From Bugula neritina (lineage: Eukaryota > Animalia > Bryozoa), in assembly GCA_964035545.1 (NCBI GenBank), contig OZ037766.1:16544722-16608721 (forward strand): a stretch of DNA of 64,000 nt, written 5' to 3'. Below, piece by piece: positions 61,510 through 64,000 of this stretch. A model generated the notes under the pieces. The model was not told the DNA's origin. It worked only from the letters and a program-made list of their open reading frames with translations, and did not search any database. How positions within the stretch are numbered: the stretch's first letter is position 1; the number at the start of each line of letters is the position of its first letter. Both the position numbers and the translations under genes were made by a program.

Positions 61510-63893
61510 TTATTTTGGAAGTGCCACCTTACAGTCTTCATCAGTTTCAATACCAATGTCTTCCTGTGAAAAAGTACAAAATTATGTTAAAATTTCACAT
61601 ATTAGGTCTAAATTCGAAAATTACCAAAATTGTATTACACAATACATTTTGTTGAAGCTGAAAATCTTCAAAAAGAGGCTGCATTTGTTCACCAGTAGCT
61701 TGTACAACTTTAGAATACCCAGTTGAAAATGTATTCAGGCATTACTTTCAAATTTACTTTAACATTAATGTATGCCTAGAAGAAAAATTCATTGCAAGCC
61801 TTAGCTGTCTTTAGATGTAGTTGCTTGACAAATGTATTGGTTGCAAGCATTTATTAGCTTTTTTCTGCAAACTGTACAGAGTACTCTGTCCAAGTACGTT
61901 TAGTGTTTGATACACCATCTTTCAGGCCTATAACTTGTTCTTAGAGAGTAAAAACTTGGTATTTTGTACATATTACTCCTTCGAAGGAGACTAGGTGAAG
62001 AAACTTCTTATTGGCTACATTCTTTTTCACAAAATAAAGAGCAGCTCTTTTATAATAAAAATGCTATACATATTTTCTATTTTCAACACATTAGGTTAGT
62101 CATACATGTGGAATTAGGAAGCATGCATACTCTTCTAATATTGAAATTTAAAAGATGCTGCACAAATACGTCATTACTGCAAAAAAACTTAAATTAAATA
62201 GAGATATAAAATATAAATTTCATAGTATCACTCTACTAATGTTCTTGTTAGCGTTAGGCTACAGTAATTTGGAACGAAGGTGGATAATTTATCAACCTGC
62301 AAAGGCATTGTAAATTTCAAATACGAAGTTAACACTTACATACCGGACTAGCAAGTTTGGAAGAGTTTTAAATAGCAAAAATTAAAGAAGTTTGGGTTAA
62401 CTGATCAAATGTGTTTACAGGGGCCAGGTATATAAATAAGTTTATAAGTAAATAATTCAGACTCTCATATTATTATTAAAATAATACTATTTCTGGAAGA
62501 TGAATTGCTTGATTTACATAGTATTATAATTATAACCATACTCACAAAAAGTGTCTTTTTAGGCTTTGGGTAACCTTCCAATATAGCATCTACTATGTCC
62601 ATTGCCTGTAGAATTACAAAAAATAGGGAACGTGGAAAACATTTTGTAAGTGCCATATTATTTCTGTTGCTAACATTTTTATTTATGAGCATAGTAAATA
62701 AACATTTTATAAGCCAAAATAATTGCGTTGTGGTAACACTGTAAGCATATTCAAGACTGCAATGAATGATGACGTAGTACAAGTAAGATGATACAAGCTC
62801 AATAGGTTATTTACAGCATAGTGCACGCATCAAGAAAAACTGAGAAAGTAAGCTTTGTAAATACAGGATATAGGCTCTTTGTGTTGAAAATTTGAACATA
62901 CATTTGATGAATGGCAAAGTTGCAAATTATATTAGAGTTGCAAGAATCCAGCCTGTATTTGGCTAAAATTCTCTTGTTAGAACCAAAACTGTTGCTGACT
63001 TTATAATAATTCCTCACCATTCTTTTTCGTTTTCTCCAAGCTTTAACTTTCAAATCTTGAGCAGAATATACCTATAAAACGACATAACAAAATTTTTTTA
63101 TATAATTTTATATTTATTTTGTAGAAAAAAGAAATCATTAAAATACATGATTTATATGTTGGCTCACACACCTTATTCTTTACTTCCTTGGTTATCAACA
63201 CTGCACCATTTCGCAACTTGTTCAACTTTTCTGACATGTCTTGGCACTAAAAAATATGTTTGCAGTTTTTTGTGTCATATTAGAGGCTGCTAGGTCCAAA
63301 CCATATCAGCATTTTAAATTGGTTCACTATGGTAAGCATTGAAAAAAATTGCACAACTACTACTTTATTAAACTTGAGAATATTGATTTTTTTCACAATT
63401 TGGCATATCATTATTATACTGAATTCACCATAAAGCTTGGGTTGAATGTAAGTTGTTGCGTAGGGTTTGAAAAAGTAGAATCCATATCGTGTAGCAACGA
63501 TCAGGAAAAGTATAAGAGCTTAGTTTGATATAAAACCTTGTGCAGCAGAAATATTATATGTCTACACACTAGCTGGATATCTATAGATATTTTCAACTTA
63601 TACAATTTCAAATGAAATATAGCCCTTGAGAAAACAACCCTAACAGTCTTGCTATTGTTGTGTATGGATTTCCTCAAAGCTATCAATTAACTAAGCATAC
63701 TAAAATGTACCTCAACCGTTATTTTCTGTAAGTTTGCTTTTGCTTCACACAAAGTCATATTAGACAGAAGTTTTTTGTGTTTTTGTGTTAAAGAGTTAAC
63801 TTCAGTCTGCAGAGTCTCCGTAGCTTTACTCATAACTTCTATTTTTTCATCCATCGTAGCCATTTCCTGTTTATCAGCAGTTGGGACATTTTC
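61510..63893 (-). CDS. PSMC3IP: Homologous-pairing protein 2 (HOP2/TBPIP), last 5 exons; 5' end outside the window
   Basis: Exons 63893-63711, 63246-63172, 63071-63018, 62605-62546, 61563-61510. Coiled coil followed by WRKRKRMAMDIVDAILEGYPKPKKTLFEDIGIETDED. Confidence 0.92.
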
Positions 63894-64000
63894 CTAAAGA
63901 GAAAGGTACAACATACATGGTATATTGCACAACATAAACATCTCAGAATACGTCTATTAAAACTCAATAATTTGCTGGAAGTGTTAAAAAGTGGCTGAGA

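Overview
AT-rich, intron-rich eukaryotic DNA from an invertebrate metazoan (species cannot be fixed from sequence). I rebuilt eight host genes exon by exon: Mad/MXD (-), a stand-alone Maf pyrophosphatase (+), a TMPRSS-like membrane serine protease (-), STK16 (+), an ACL4-like TPR chaperone (-), RPSA (+) with three intronic C/D snoRNAs (two U16-like), TIMM10 (+) and the 3' part of HOP2/PSMC3IP (-). Mobile DNA comprises three Ty3/Gypsy LTR elements plus CR1, RTE, Penelope, SINE and MITE relics. The strongest candidate for an undescribed system lies at 1-2050. There the 3' end of a Gypsy element carries an intron-containing accessory gene between pol and the 3' LTR (ATG 406, GTGAGT donor, TACTAAC branch point, TTTTTCAG acceptor, in frame). 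It encodes a 270-aa protein with a C2H2 zinc finger, an Arg/Ser-Pro tract and a Leu-rich helix, reminiscent of complex-retrovirus regulators. Also notable: a young non-autonomous LTR element whose deletions all keep one reading frame, a protease with a Tyr-LLGG activation site, and a hammerhead-core foldback capping a Penelope-associated repeat. All exon models were made by eye and lack transcript support.
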